A stretch of 64,000 nucleotides of DNA, from positions 32,502 through 96,501 of the forward strand of contig QPMI01000228.1 in the NCBI GenBank assembly GCA_004431415.1, given 5' to 3'. Source of the stretch: Cyanophora paradoxa CCMP329. Taxonomy: Eukaryota; Plantae; Glaucophyta. How positions within the stretch are numbered: the first letter of the stretch is position 1; every line of letters starts with the position of its first letter. Below the pieces are notes generated by a model. The model was given only the letters and a program-made list of their open reading frames with translations, made no database searches and had not been told where the DNA came from. Made by a program: the position numbers and the translations under genes. Positions 1-11,349 of this stretch are shown here, in pieces.

Positions 1-2357
1 TGCCGCGTGAGACCACGGCTCGGGATCCAGCGGGGGCGGCGGACCGAAGCGGGGAGGGGATCGGGCGAGCGGCCGTCCAGTGCACCGGCGAGGGCGCAGG
101 CGTACTCTTCGTCGCTGATCCCTGCGCGCGCGCCGCCGCCGTCGTCAGGCCTGGGGATCATGCTGGGGCTCGAGCGGGGTGGAGGGCGTACTGGCGACGA
201 GGAGGAGCTCCTGGATGGCGCGCCAGCGCTGCTCGGCCGCCTCCGGCGTCGCCGCCCCGCGCCGCAGCTCCCGCTGCGCCGGCGTCAGCGGCGGGGCCCT
301 CGGGGCGGAGGGGCGAGGGCCTGCGCGGGCCTCGAGCGCGGAGCGGTCGAGGGCGAGCTCCAAGGCGGGGCGGGCGGGGAGGCCCCGCATCTCCTCCACG
401 AGGCCCGCCAGGCGCCCCAGCGACGCCTGCGGGCCCGCCCCCGGCGCCCCCGCAGCCAGCCGCCGGGCCGCCTGCGGGGAGAGGTCAACGTCAAGCGCTC
501 GCGCGGGCGAGCGAGGAAGCGAGAGGGGCGCACGGCGAGGAGGGAGGAGCCGTCGGCGCGGGCGAGGGCGGGCAGGCGGGCGGCGAGGCGGGGCCCCACG
601 CCCGGCGCGAGGGGCGACACGGCCTGCGCGGAGCCACTCGGCGAGGGCGGGTGGGGCGGGGCGGGCGGGCGGGCGAGGAGGCGGGCGGACGACGCGGGCG
701 AAGGCGGCCTCGTCGGAGGGGTCCTCGGCGAGCAGCAGAAGGGCCAGCAGCGCCGCCACCTCCCGGCCCCCGAAAAAGCCCTCCCCCGCCCCGACCAGCC
801 GGCACGGCACCCTGCGCGCCAGCGTGGGCGAGAGGCAGCAGGAGAGGGGCGCGGGGCGACGTGCACCCGTGGCGGGCCAGGCCGAGCTCGAGGGCGGGGA
901 CCTGCGAGTGGGCCCGCACCAGCACCGCCACCTCCCAAGGGCGGCACGCGCCCCCGGCCACCAGCTCTGCCGCCCCCCGGCCCTCAGCGGGGGGGGCAGC
1001 GAAGGAAGGGCTGCGAGAGCGGGCACCGGCGATGGAGGACGCAATGAATTCGGACTCGCTTCGGGGATCCCCCGCCGCCTGGACCACCACCGGTTCCCCC
1101 TCCCCGTTCCGCGTGTGCAGCGCCCCGCCTCCACCTCCCGCCGCCCCCGCCGTCCCCGCCCCGCCCCTGCGCGGCATTTCGCCCCGGCGCCGTGCCGGGG
1201 GAAAGATGACGGGGGTACCGCATGAGAGCGGACGCGCAGGCGAGGATGTTCTGCGTGGACCGGAAGCTCTCCCGCAGGGGCACCACCGTGGCCTGCGGAC
1301 AAGGATCGAGAGCAGCGGGGAGGAACGGGGGTACAGAGCGCGCCTCGGGAAATGCTTGGCGGAAGGCGGCGAAGGGGTCGAAGGCGCGGCCGGCGGCGCG
1401 CCAGCCGTAGATGCTCTGGTCGGGGTCCCCGACGCCCGTGAGGCCGCCGTGCCGCCGCGCCAGCTCCCGCACGATCGCGAAGTCCACCTCGCTGCAGTCC
1501 TGGAACTCGTCCACGAGCACGAAGCGAAAGCGGGCGGCCCAGGCGCCCCCCTCCAGCGGGTGCTGCCTCAGGAGCTCCGCCGTCTTCAGAATTAGATCCG
1601 TGAAATCGAGGAGGCAGCGCGCATGCAGCGCCGCGGCGTACGCCCGCGCCACCGCCTCCAGCTCCGCGCTCGACTCCACCAGGTCCTCCGGCCTCGCCCG
1701 CCCCGCCAGCATCGCTTGCGTGCGCTGCGGCCGCGCTCCAAGTAAGCGGGTGCAGTCGATCGGCCAGTTACAGGCGCGTGCACGAATGCGCACGACCGAC
1801 TTCGTCCGCTCGATGTAGTTCGCGCACTTCCCGAGGGCGATGCCCGTCACCCCGCACTCCTGCATCGCTTCCCGCAGGACGGTCTTTGCCTCCGCCTCAT
1901 CGACGACCAACCAGTTCGGCGGGAGGCCAACTACGTGCCCCAACCCTCGCAAGACGGTCGCACACACGCTGTGAAACGTCCCGACCTGCACGCGCGAGGG
2001 GCCTGCCCCATGCTCCCTCAGCACCGCTGTAATACGCTCTTGCATCTGCGGATCCGGTCGGTTGATCGCGCGAGTGCGAGGCCCAAGAACGGCGCCCGAC
2101 CTCCCCCGCGGCCTTCTTCGTGAAAGTCAAGCATAGAATCGCGTCAGCTGGAATCCCTTCAGAGGAGATCATCCGTGCAACTCTGTGCGCCGCCACTCGC
2201 GTCTTGCCGGCGCCTGCGGCCTCCGCGAGAACCGCAGGTGCGTGAGATTTGATCTCGGGGTTGGCGCTCTCCGGAACGCACCGGGACCGGCAAGGATGAG
2301 CAGAGCGCGGTTTGGGGCGCCCACGGCCTCTTCCTGCGCCTCGGAGAGTGCGGCCAT
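1..2357 (-). CDS. UvrD/PcrA/Srs2-family (SF1A) DNA helicase, multi-exon, 3' end runs off the window
   Basis: Spliced motifs: LSEAQEEAV (Q motif), ILAGPG-AGKT (Walker A), LTFTKKAA (Ia), VGTFHS, LDFTDLI, VLVDEFQD (Walker B), VGDPDQSIYGWR (III), ESFRSTQNIL (IV). ATG at 2357. Confidence 0.93.
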
Positions 2358-2736
2358 GGCTGGCTTGGATTTTGTGCACAGCTGGGTTCGCCCGGTTGCC
2401 TCCTTCACGTCACGAGGTGCGGAAGAGCCCCAGAGCGTCTTGCGTAGGCCGCTCGCATGTCGAACTCTCTAGCTGGCCCAGCTTGGCCCGGGCTGGCCGC
2501 GATTTCCGGGTATCGCGTTCTTGAGAGGGGGGAGGAAGGGAGGGGGAACATCTCTAGCCTGACTTCACACGAGCTCGAGATCCACAGCCCAGCCGTGCGT
2601 CCTGCGTGCGGATCAGTAAGTGCCAGAGGACACCGCCTGACTCCATCAATCGTGCATGTGAGCGCTCAGTGCGTTGACCCGGCCGCGCGCGCCCCTAGGC
2701 CTGCATACGTGCACGATCTAAACCGTGAGCAGCCAA

Positions 2737-5700
2737 ATGATGCAACAAGCGGGTAGGAGACGGCAATCTTTGCATGGAATCTGGAGCTTTTCGTTCTTTG
2801 AGGACGGGAACCTGCCGACCCGCTCGCCGGCAAATGAGGTGCGAGAAGATAAGCCTCATCTAGATTGGCACCTTTATGGCGCAGGAGCTCCTTCATTATT
2901 GAGCCCACCGGTCAGGTGAAACTCGGCGAGAAGTCGCGGATCCCCGGGGCATGGCAGGCGGACAGGCATGGGCTCGCCCCAGGCTCGGCGTCGACGTTCC
3001 TGCCCGGGCTCGGCGTGTACCGGCAGACCTTCGTGGTTGACGGCGCGTTCGAGCGGCGGCGGATTTTCCTGCGGATCGAGCGCGCGAAGGAGCGGGCTAC
3101 GCTCTGGGTGGCCTCGCCGACGATGCCGGCGGCGCGCTTCGAGCTGGACGCCTTCCCCGCCGACGTGGAGCTCACGCCGCACATCCTCCCGGGCGCCCCC
3201 GTGACCCTTACCCTCGCCGTCGAGGCCGGCGGGGGCGGCTGGGGCGGCCTCGCCGGCGAGCTCCTCCTCGAGGCCCGCCCCCGCACCTTCATCGAGAGCC
3301 TCCACGTCCTCCCCGACCCCGCATCCGGTCCCCGCCCGCCGGCCCTGTACCCCCCCACGCGCCGCCGCCGACCGCTGACCTGGGCGCAGGGACGGTGCGG
3401 GTGCGGGCGCGGCTGGACGGGCCCCTCTCGGGGGACCAGCGCCTGGAGCTGAGCGTGCTGGGCCGGGGCGGGGCGGCGGTGCCGTGCGAGGTGCGCGGCG
3501 GGGCGCTGAGCGGGGGCGAGCTGGACGCCGTGCTCGCGCCGGCCTCGGGGCCCCTCGAGCCCTGGCTCCCCGACGCCGGCCCCGAGGGCCCCGCCCTCTA
3601 CACCCTCCGCGCCGCCCTCCACGAGGGGGCCCCCGCACCCGGCGGCCCCGCCCTGGACGCCCAGGAGCGCTCCTTCGGCCTCTGCGGCGTGGCCGAGGCG
3701 GCGGGGCGGGCGGCCGTGCCCGGCGGCGAGCTCCTCCTGCGCGCCTGCATCGACCCGCTGCACCTCCCCCGGGACCTCGTGCCCCCGCCCGACGCCCGCT
3801 TCTTCGCCGAGCGCCTCGCCGCCGCCGCGCGCCTCGGCTTCAACTGCCTCGTCGTGCCCCGCGCCTCCCCGCTCGCCCCCTACCGCGCGGGGGCGGCCCA
3901 CGCGGCGCTGCCCGAGGAGCTCCTCGCCGCCGCCGACCGCGCCGGCCTCCTCGTCGCCCTCGAGGGGGAGGGCGCGCCCGCCGTCCTCTCCCGCGGGGAG
4001 CCGGCCCTGCGGCACCCTTCCCTCCTCCCCTTCGCCCTCGCCTGCCCCGCCACGCACCCCTTCCGCACCCTCGGCCCCCGCCCCGTGCCCCTCGAGTGGG
4101 TCGGCCCCCGCTCGGGGACCCTGCCGCTGGAGAACGCGGGGCGCGGGCGGGGTGGACGGCCGGCCCCGCCCCGCTGGAGGTGCCCCGGGGGTGCTGCCCC
4201 CGCGCGACGCGGCGGCCGTGCGGCAGCGCTCCGAGGCGGACTTCGCGGCGCGGCTCGCGGCCGCCGTGGAGTCCGCCCGCGCCCGCCGCCTCCCCGGCCT
4301 CGCCGCCCGCCTGCAGGACGCCCCGGCGGGCCCTGCGACGGCGCCCTCGGGCCCGACTCGGCCCCAAGGCGGCGGTCGCGGCGGCCCTCGCCCGCTGCAA
4401 CGCGCCCGTCGCCCTCCTCGCCGGCGGGGCGCGCCCCGCGTACCGCGCCGGCCCGAGGGCGCCGAGGTGCGCCTCGCGGCGCACAACGGGGGGGCCCGGC
4501 CGCTGGCCCCCGCCGACGGCCTTTGGGTAAAGTGGGAGCTGCTGCTCTCGGGCCGCCCCGCCGCCGCCGGGCGCCTCGCCGTGCCCCTCGGCCCCGACGC
4601 CGCCCTCGCCCCGGGGGCGGCCGCCCAGGCCGAGGCGCCCCTCGCCCTCCCGCTGGCGGCCGCCGGCGCCGGCCCCGCCGAGCTGACCCTCGTGGCGGAG
4701 CTGACAGACGGCGCCGGCGCGCGCCTCGCCGCCGGCGCCTGGCCGGCCTTCCTCCTCCCGCCGGCCCCCGCCGTCCTCGCGACGTGCCCGGGCCCCGCCC
4801 CGGCGCTGCGGGCGGCCCCGGGTCCGGAGGCGGCGGCGCTGGCGGCGGCGCTCGGGCTGCCGGCGGGCGAGGGCCGCCCCGCCGCGCTGCTCGTTGCGGG
4901 GGCGCGCCCCGAGGCCCTCGACGCCGCCGCCGTCGTCCTCGAGGCGGGCGGCACCGTCGTCGCCGCCGGGCCCGAGGCCGTCGCCGCGCTCGTCGGGGCC
5001 CCGCGCCCCCGCCCCCGGCCCCGACGCGCCCTTCGAAGCCGTCTACTCGGAGGAGGTGCGCGCTCCGAGGTGCCGCGGGACCGATCCCGCAAGACTTGAC
5101 CCACGCGATCGCAGCACGCGCTGGGGCACGGGCTGCCGGCCGACGTCCTCCCCTCCCACCTCAGCCGCGCCTTCGCCCGCTGGCTCCGCCCGGGGGCCGC
5201 CCCCGCCAAGCCCCTCCCCTCCTCCTCCTCCCGCGGGCGCATCCTCGTCCCGCAGGCGGGCGCCGGCGCGAGCCCCTGGCGGCGCCTCGCCGAGCGCGCC
5301 GCGGGGGGGCTCCCCGGGACCCTCGAGGGCGCGGCGGGGCCGCTGGTGCGGGCGGGCCCCGGGGGGCGGCGGCTGGTGGTGGGGGAGGCGCGCGTAGGTC
5401 CGGGCCTCCTCATAGCCCTCGCCTTCGACCCGTGGGAGGCGGAGGGCGCGCCGCGCCTCCTCCCCGAGGCCGAGCACCTCCTCGCCTCCGCCCTCCGCTA
5501 CGCCGCCTTCGCCGCCGCCCACCCCGCCCCCGCCCCCGCCCCCGCCCCCGCCCACCCCGCCCCCGCACCCGCCCCCGCCCCCGCCCTCCCTAGGCCTCCC
5601 ACGAGCCCCGCCGAGAAGGTGGCCTCCTTGGCGAGCGTGCCGGCAGCCCTGGCAGCTGCGGCGGCTGCGGAGGGGGCCGGAGCGGTGCCGGGGCCCCGGG

Positions 5701-5786
5701 CCGGGGAGTCCGGGGAGGCGGAGGAGTTCTATCTGGTGCTGGCGGAGGATGTCGACGCCGCCGAGCTCCCCGCCCCGCGCTCCTAG
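2737..5786 (+). CDS. Glycoside hydrolase family 2-like protein, probably catalytically degenerate, multi-exon
   Basis: SLHGIWSF, IPGAW, GVYRQTF..RRIFLRIE (sugar-binding domain); GGLAGELLL..PRTFI; W.P..P.LY, D.QERSFG (Ig-like domain); LGFN..PEELLAAADRAGLLV..RHPSL (TIM barrel). The usual NHPS..W..GNE reads RHPSLLPFALACP. Confidence 0.7.
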
Positions 5787-6011
5787 CCGCTGAGCTTCAC
5801 AGCCCCGTCCCGCTCCCGCCTGGCCCCGCCTCGAAACTTTCCCCCAAACTCTTGAACTCTCTGCTTTTTTGTTTTGCTAAAGCGTAAGCTGATGAGTATA
5901 CGTTTGTGAACGCGAATGCTAGACTACTCTCAAAAAGGACATAAGCTGCCGTACATGTACACGAACTAGATAGCAAAACCGAAGGGAGCGGCCGGGCTGG
6001 AAGCGAGGAAA

Positions 6012-9000
6012 CTAGGTCTTGCAGGAGACGCCGTAGGTGGAGGAGGCGAGGGGCACGCAGGAGCAGATGACGAGGGTGTTCTGCGTGAAAGGTGTCCCCG
6101 AAACGCCCGGCCCCGTCACCGAGAAGGTGTTCGCCGCGCGCGTGTTCCACACGTAGACCGTCGTCCCCACCGTCGTCGCGTCGCACTGCGCGCGGGCCGG
6201 CGGGCGGTGAGCGCTGCGCGCTGCTTCGTCTCGCGTCGCGGGGACGGGCGCACGTGGAAGTAGACGGGCTGCGTGGTGGTCGTCGACGCGGAGGCGACGT
6301 CGAAGGTCACCACGTTCGCCGACGCCACTGCGCGTGCGCGGGGGAGGCCCGTCAGGCGGCGCGCGGCCGGCGCGGGCGCGCCCCGCACCCGCCAGCTGGT
6401 CGTCCCGCGTCTGCTGCGCCGTGGGGCAGCTCCCGCTGCGCACGCGGCGCCTCAGGCCAGGCAGGCAGCTCGGGCGAAGCGGCGGCGCAGCAAGCAAGCA
6501 GACGCGGACCCCGTGCCCATCAGGCAGTAGCCGGCGGGGCCGGTGGCGGCGGCCGGGAGGTGGACGCTGGCGTACGCGCTCTTCATCTGGGGGCGCGGGG
6601 GCGTCAGAGCCCTGGAGAGGGAAGGGGAGGGGGCGGGGCGGGGCGCCTGGAAGCGGGAGAGGAGGGAGATGGAGCCCTGGGAGGCGGCCTCGAGGCGGAG
6701 GTCGCCCGTGGCCGCCTTGATCGGCCCCCCCACGATCACCTGCCCCGAGTTGCGGGGGTTGAGGGTCAGGTCCGGCGAGCTGCTCCCGGCGTCCACCTCG
6801 ATCGTGGAGCTGCCGCCCACGAGGAGCTTCCCCGTCCCCGCGGGGTTCAGCTGCCGCGCGGGTGAGCCTCGGGGGAGCGAGCGGGAGGGGCGGGTGGCGG
6901 GGCGGGGCGGGGGCGGACGCGGAGGTCCTGGGAGGCGCCGCCGGGGAGGGCCTCGATGGTGCGCGTGCCGCCCACGAAGACGGAGCCCGAGGTCGAGGAG
7001 GCCTCGTTCAGGACGACGTTGCCCGAGCCCGAGGCCGCGAGCACGAGGTCCGCCGTGCTCGCCGCCGCCGTCTCCGGCTGCACCGCCGCCCGGTACGCCC
7101 CGTTGCTCGAGGCCGCCGAGACGAGGAGCTTCCCAGACGAGGGGCGCAGCGTGAGGGGCCCGTCCGTGGCGCCCTCGATGGTGCGGGCGCCGCCGAGGAG
7201 CACGCGGCCGCCGACGATGTCGCCGTTGAGGACCACGTCGCCGTACGTCGTCGTGCTCCCGCTCGTCGCCGACCCAGCGTTGATCTGCCCCGCCCCGCCT
7301 CAGCGGCCCGCTAGCTAGCGAGCCGGCCCGGCCCGGCGCACGCGGAGGTCCTGGTCGGAGGCGGTGCCGGCGGCGGCGATCGTCGGGGTGGCCCCCGAGA
7401 CGAGCAGGCGGCCCGTGCCGGCCGGCGCGAGCGTCAGGTCCTGGTTCGGGAAATTCGCCGAGGAGGCCGCCTGCGGAGGGAGCCGCGCTGAGCGAGCGAG
7501 CTCTGCCGCCTCGGAGCGCTCGGAGCGGGGCGCACGGTGATGGTGGCGGAGCCGCCGAGGAGGAGCCGGCCGGCGCCGCCGTGGGCGTTGACGACGACGT
7601 CGCCGTCGCCGGCCGCGTTCACGTTCAGATCAACGTTCGCAGAGGAGGTGATCGCAGAGGCCGCCGCCGCCAAAGTCGGGGCCTGCGAGGGGCCTCAGGC
7701 CGCCGCCCGGTGGCCGCGCCCACGCCGGACGGGTCGCACGAGGGAGGACTGCTGGGAGTTGATGAGGACGCGGCCGGTGCCGGCGGGGTTCAGCTGCGCG
7801 CGCGTCAGCCGCGTCGGGGCGGGGCGGGGCGGGGGCGGGGCGGGGAGGGGGGCGGGGCGCGCGATGAGGTCCTGGGAGAGGCCGGACTGCGTGGCCGCCT
7901 CGATGGTGCGCGAGCCGCCGATCTGCACCCGCCCCAGCTGCGACGGGTTCAGGAACACGTCCCCGTTCCCCGCCGCGTTCAGCTGCCCCCCGCGCGTCAG
8001 GCCGAGAAGCGAGGGGAGGGGAGTGCGGGGCGGGGCGCGGACGTTGAGGCTGACGTCGCCGGCGGCGGCGGACTGGACCTGCGGGGGCGTGAGGCTCCGG
8101 GAGAACGGGGAGCCGAGGGGCGGGGGCGCGCGTTGGCGACGACGACGGTGGGGTGGGTGCCCCCGACGACGAGCTTCCCGTCCCCCGCCGGCGAGATGAA
8201 GAGGTCCTGCCGGCCCCTCAGCGCGGGGCGCCCAGGCTCGAGCGGGGCGCGGGCCTTGCTGTTGAGGGGCGACGACGCGTCCGGCATCGCCTCGATGGTG
8301 CGGGTGCCGCCGATGCGGACGGCCCCGCCCGAGGCCTGCGCGTGCAGGCGGATGTAGCCCGAGCCGACGGAGCGCAGGTTCAGGTCCGTCGAGGCCGACG
8401 CCGGGTCCCCGGAGCTGCCCCGCAGCTCAGAGTGGGGGGCGTGCGCGCGGGGCGGGGGCGCCGGGGCGCGCACCGGATGGCGGCGACCTGCAGGGTGGCG
8501 GGGACGGACTGGCCGGCGACCACGCGCACGGTGCCCGAGCCCGGCTGGAGCGTGATGTCGTTTCCGGCCGCCAGGGTGAGCTCCGAGGCGCTGGGCGCCT
8601 GCAGCGTCGAGGTCTGGACGGCGCCGAGCACGGCGACCTTGCCGTTGACGCCCGGGTTGAGGGTGATGTCCTGGGTCGGCGCGCTCGACGTGGAGCTGAT
8701 GGTCGCCGCCCCCGCCAGGAAGAGCGTCCCGCTCCCGCCCGGCCGCCCCACGTACATGTCCCCGGAGACAAAGAGCGACTTCGGCGGGAAGAGCGTCGAC
8801 GACCGTGCGTAGTAGCCTGACGCGAGAGCTTAGCTAACGCCGGCGAGCCGGCTGGGGCCTCTCAAGGAAACGCTGCCGCATCGCGCGACAGGCGACCGCG
8901 GGGAGCTACACACCGATCTGTGCGCTTTCCTCTAAGATAACGTGGCTCCTTGCCTACGCGCGAGGGATGGCGTGTCACTGGCGCCGGGTGACGGCAGGCG

Positions 9001-9235
9001 CGACACTTGCCGTGCTTCCGGATGGCCGGTCGACGTCGGCGTCTGCGGTGACAGGGCTACCCTCAGCTTGGGAGAGAGTAACATTGGGATCTTTTCGTGC
9101 TCTCTGGCGGGTGGGACAGCTAGCTAGGGCCGGCCGACCTGAAACTGAAACCCAAGCATGCGAGAGCGTCGGGGACAAGACCAGGGCAAGCAGCACGAGC
9201 TTGGCCGCTGCCGACGGCCTCCTACACGCTCTCAT
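6012..9235 (-). CDS. Secreted repeat protein (DLxLxPxGxGxxxxGG repeats, Cys-containing C-terminal domain), paralog of 14495-17678
   Basis: Hydrophobic signal peptide ending ..LSHA-WVS; PKSLFVSGD; many repeats such as DITLNPGVNGKV, DLTLNPRNSGQV and GRVQIGGSRTI; C-terminus VYVWN..ICSCVPLASSTYGVSC. First exons uncertain. Confidence 0.75.
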
Positions 9236-9408
9236 CGCGGCTGGCAGCGCTGTACTGGCTGCTGGAGCGCGGATAAGCGGAGAGACCGTTGTTGTCAACT
9301 CGGAACCCTGGGGATTTCGTGGGTCGGCGGTACCCCCCCGGGACCGGCGTGCGGGGGGGTCGAGCCAGGCGTGGCCCGCCACGGGTACGCCGACCCGCCA
9401 CCGCCACG

Positions 9409-9502
9409 CGTGACCCCCGTGACTCCCGTGACACCCGTGACGCGGGCGGTGGTCGGACCGGCGGCGAACCGGCGAGTCCGGGATGACGTCACGGTGACGT
9501 CA
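9409..9502. repeat. Four CGTGAC units at 9-bp spacing plus two TGACGTCA palindromes
   Basis: CGTGAC at 9409, 9418, 9427, 9436; TGACGTCA at 9484 and 9495. Confidence 0.85.
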
Positions 9503-9558
9503 GCGCTCGCGCCTGATTCGCCATTGATGTTACATGAAAGGACAATGTTCCGATTCAG

Positions 9559-9685
9559 CCGTCGCCAACCCGACGCGACCCGATGCGCGCCGACCGTCGG
9601 CCGTGCTGTATAAGCCGACTCTAGGCGCCGTCACCATGACGGTGACGGTAAACCCTGCGGAGTTGAATCAAGGGTTCGACTCCCC
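9559..9685 (+). repeat. Structured island repeat, copy 1 (leader + TATA-like + two hairpins + B-box/T-arm)
   Basis: CCGTCGCC.ACCCGACGCG..GTGCTGTATAAGCCGACTCTAGGCGCCGTCACCATGACGGTGACGGTAAACCCTGCGGAGTTGAATCAAGGGTTCGACTCCCC. Confidence 0.9.
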
Positions 9686-9690
9686 GCGGG

Positions 9691-9806
9691 CCCGTCGCCG
9701 ACCCGACGCGCGCCGAACGTCGAGCGCGCCACCAGAGGCGAGCATAGGCGCCGTCACTCTGACGGTGACGGTAAACCCTGCGGAGTTGAATCAAGGGTTC
9801 GAATCT
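9691..9806 (+). repeat. Structured island repeat, copy 2 (tandem with copy 1, core period 123 bp)
   Basis: Core 9745-9802 differs from copy 1 core (9622-9679) by 2 nt. Confidence 0.9.
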
Positions 9807-9886
9807 CGGCGGGTCCCGTTTGGCCGATGGCGCGTCGGGCGCTGGTGCGGTCCTTTCGCGCCCGCCAGTACGGTCGCGGCGCTCTG

Positions 9887-10480
9887 ATGCATGATTGGCA
9901 GCGCGAGCAGTTCAACGGACGGGCGGCGGCCGGCGGCGCGCTCGGCGAGGATTTGAACCGCGAGGGCCACGTGGTGGTGCTGGCGAACGCCGCCGTGCAC
10001 GTGGCGCACTGCGTGAACGACGCGCTGCACGAGATGCGCGCGGGCGCCGGCGACCCGTTTGTGTACAACCCGCTGCTCGTCGCGGCGGTTGCCGGCGTCC
10101 AATCGGCGCTGGACGGCGTCGCGAGCTTCTGCGACCGGCACTTCCCGAGCGGCGAGCGGCGGGAAGACAAGCTCTTCTTCGACAGCTACCGTTTCGCGCA
10201 CCAGTGGCTCGAGCCGGTCGAGCGCGCGCGCCTGGCGCTCCGGCGGCCCGACTTCTACAACGGCGGCGACTTTGCCGCCGTCGCCAACCGCGCCAAGCAC
10301 ACGCTCCCGTGGTTCGGCGTCGCGTCGGCGGACGCGGACGGCGCGCTCGACGTCCGCGACGCCGCCGGCCGCCGCCTGGTCGCCGGCACGGTCGCGCCCG
10401 CCTACCGCCTGCTCTGCCAGTGCGTGGCCGCGCTCGCCGTCCAGTGCGGCGTGCGCCTCCGCGAGTGGCCCGCGGTCTGA
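9887..10480 (+). CDS. Intronless protein A, putative HEPN-like helical domain; paralog of 11350-11967
   Basis: Non-low-complexity ORF with SALD..FC.R, LFF.SY.FA, F..VANRAKH, D..D..GR and PAYR motifs shared with ORF B. An upstream ATG at 9827 is also in frame. HEPN assignment is tentative. Confidence 0.75.
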   Translation: MHDWQREQFNGRAAAGGALGEDLNREGHVVVLANAAVHVAHCVNDALHEMRAGAGDPFVYNPLLVAAVAGVQSALDGVASFCDRHFPSGERREDKLFFDSYRFAHQWLEPVERARLALRRPDFYNGGDFAAVANRAKHTLPWFGVASADADGALDVRDAAGRRLVAGTVAPAYRLLCQCVAALAVQCGVRLREWPAV

Positions 10481-10538
10481 CGATCGTTCGCACTGCCGCG
10501 GCCCGTGATGAATGCGAATATATATACGACAGTACTAC

Positions 10539-11261
10539 CTAACCAGACAAACCAGACTCCTCGGCTATCGAGAGGCTCAGCGATGCGTATCGGACGGTGA
10601 GGACCAGGCGGTTTGCGACGAAGTACGAGGCTCCGAGCACGCAGGCCTTGCTGAAGTGCGAGTGCGACTCGTACACCGTGGCCGGTCGGCCGTTGACCAG
10701 GAGCGTGGCGCCGAGCGCCGAGACAGACGAGAGGCCGAGCGCCTCGATGACGTCGCCCGAGACGTAGGTGTGCGGCGAGCCCGTGTCGATGATGAATGGG
10801 GCGAACACGGCGCGCCCGCGCCTCGCGGCGACCGACAGGACTGCGAGCGGCCGGCTGTTGGGGCCGGCGATCTGGCCCTCGACGGGGAACGCGGGGCGGC
10901 GGTCCGGCGGGACTTCTGCGAGGTAAGCGACGCCGAACAGCTGAGCGATTGACTCCAGGTCGCTGCGGTCACGGATGTCCGTGAGCAGGACGTCGAACTG
11001 CTTCGGCGTCACGAGCGCCGGGTGCGCGTCCGCGAGCCCGGCGGCCTGCATGCTTCTGAACAGGAGCGCGAGTGGCGCGAGCGCTGAGTCGATCTCAGAG
11101 AGCTCCGGCGACTTGTCGGGCACGTTGACCCGGATCAACCGAAGCTCCGAAAGAACGTCCGCGATGTTGGCCGCATCGCCGCGCAGGGCTGCGACTGGTC
11201 GGAGCCCGGCCGGCAGCGCGCCGAGCGCCGCTGCAGCCGCCGCCGCCTCGGCGCTTTCCAT
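10539..11261 (-). CDS. Intronless retropepsin-like (clan AA) aspartic protease
   Basis: FIIDTGSPHTYVS catalytic motif and downstream VLGASYF (hhG motif); one DTG, so an obligate-dimer type. Alternative start at 11351. Confidence 0.8.
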   Translation of the reverse strand: MESAEAAAAAAALGALPAGLRPVAALRGDAANIADVLSELRLIRVNVPDKSPELSEIDSALAPLALLFRSMQAAGLADAHPALVTPKQFDVLLTDIRDRSDLESIAQLFGVAYLAEVPPDRRPAFPVEGQIAGPNSRPLAVLSVAARRGRAVFAPFIIDTGSPHTYVSGDVIEALGLSSVSALGATLLVNGRPATVYESHSHFSKACVLGASYFVANRLVLTVRYASLSLSIAEESGLSG

Positions 11262-11349
11262 CAAAGACCCTAGTTCGAGCCCCCGCGGGCCCCGTTCGGC
11301 GCCGTGTTCGCTGGCTCGGCGCTTCTTTCGCACGTCGACGGTGAAACCC

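Noticed and set aside
2912-5413. 833-aa minus-strand ORF and similar long Arg/Pro/Gly/Ala-rich ORFs (e.g. 38475-40946, 26216-28057, 57259-59649)
   Set aside because: Shadow frames caused by stop-codon scarcity at very high GC; they overlap recognisable spliced genes.
9622-9806. tRNA genes or a CRISPR array
   Set aside because: Only a T-arm/B-box is present with no cloverleaf; the repeats are too long and few, lack uniform unique spacers, and no cas genes are present.
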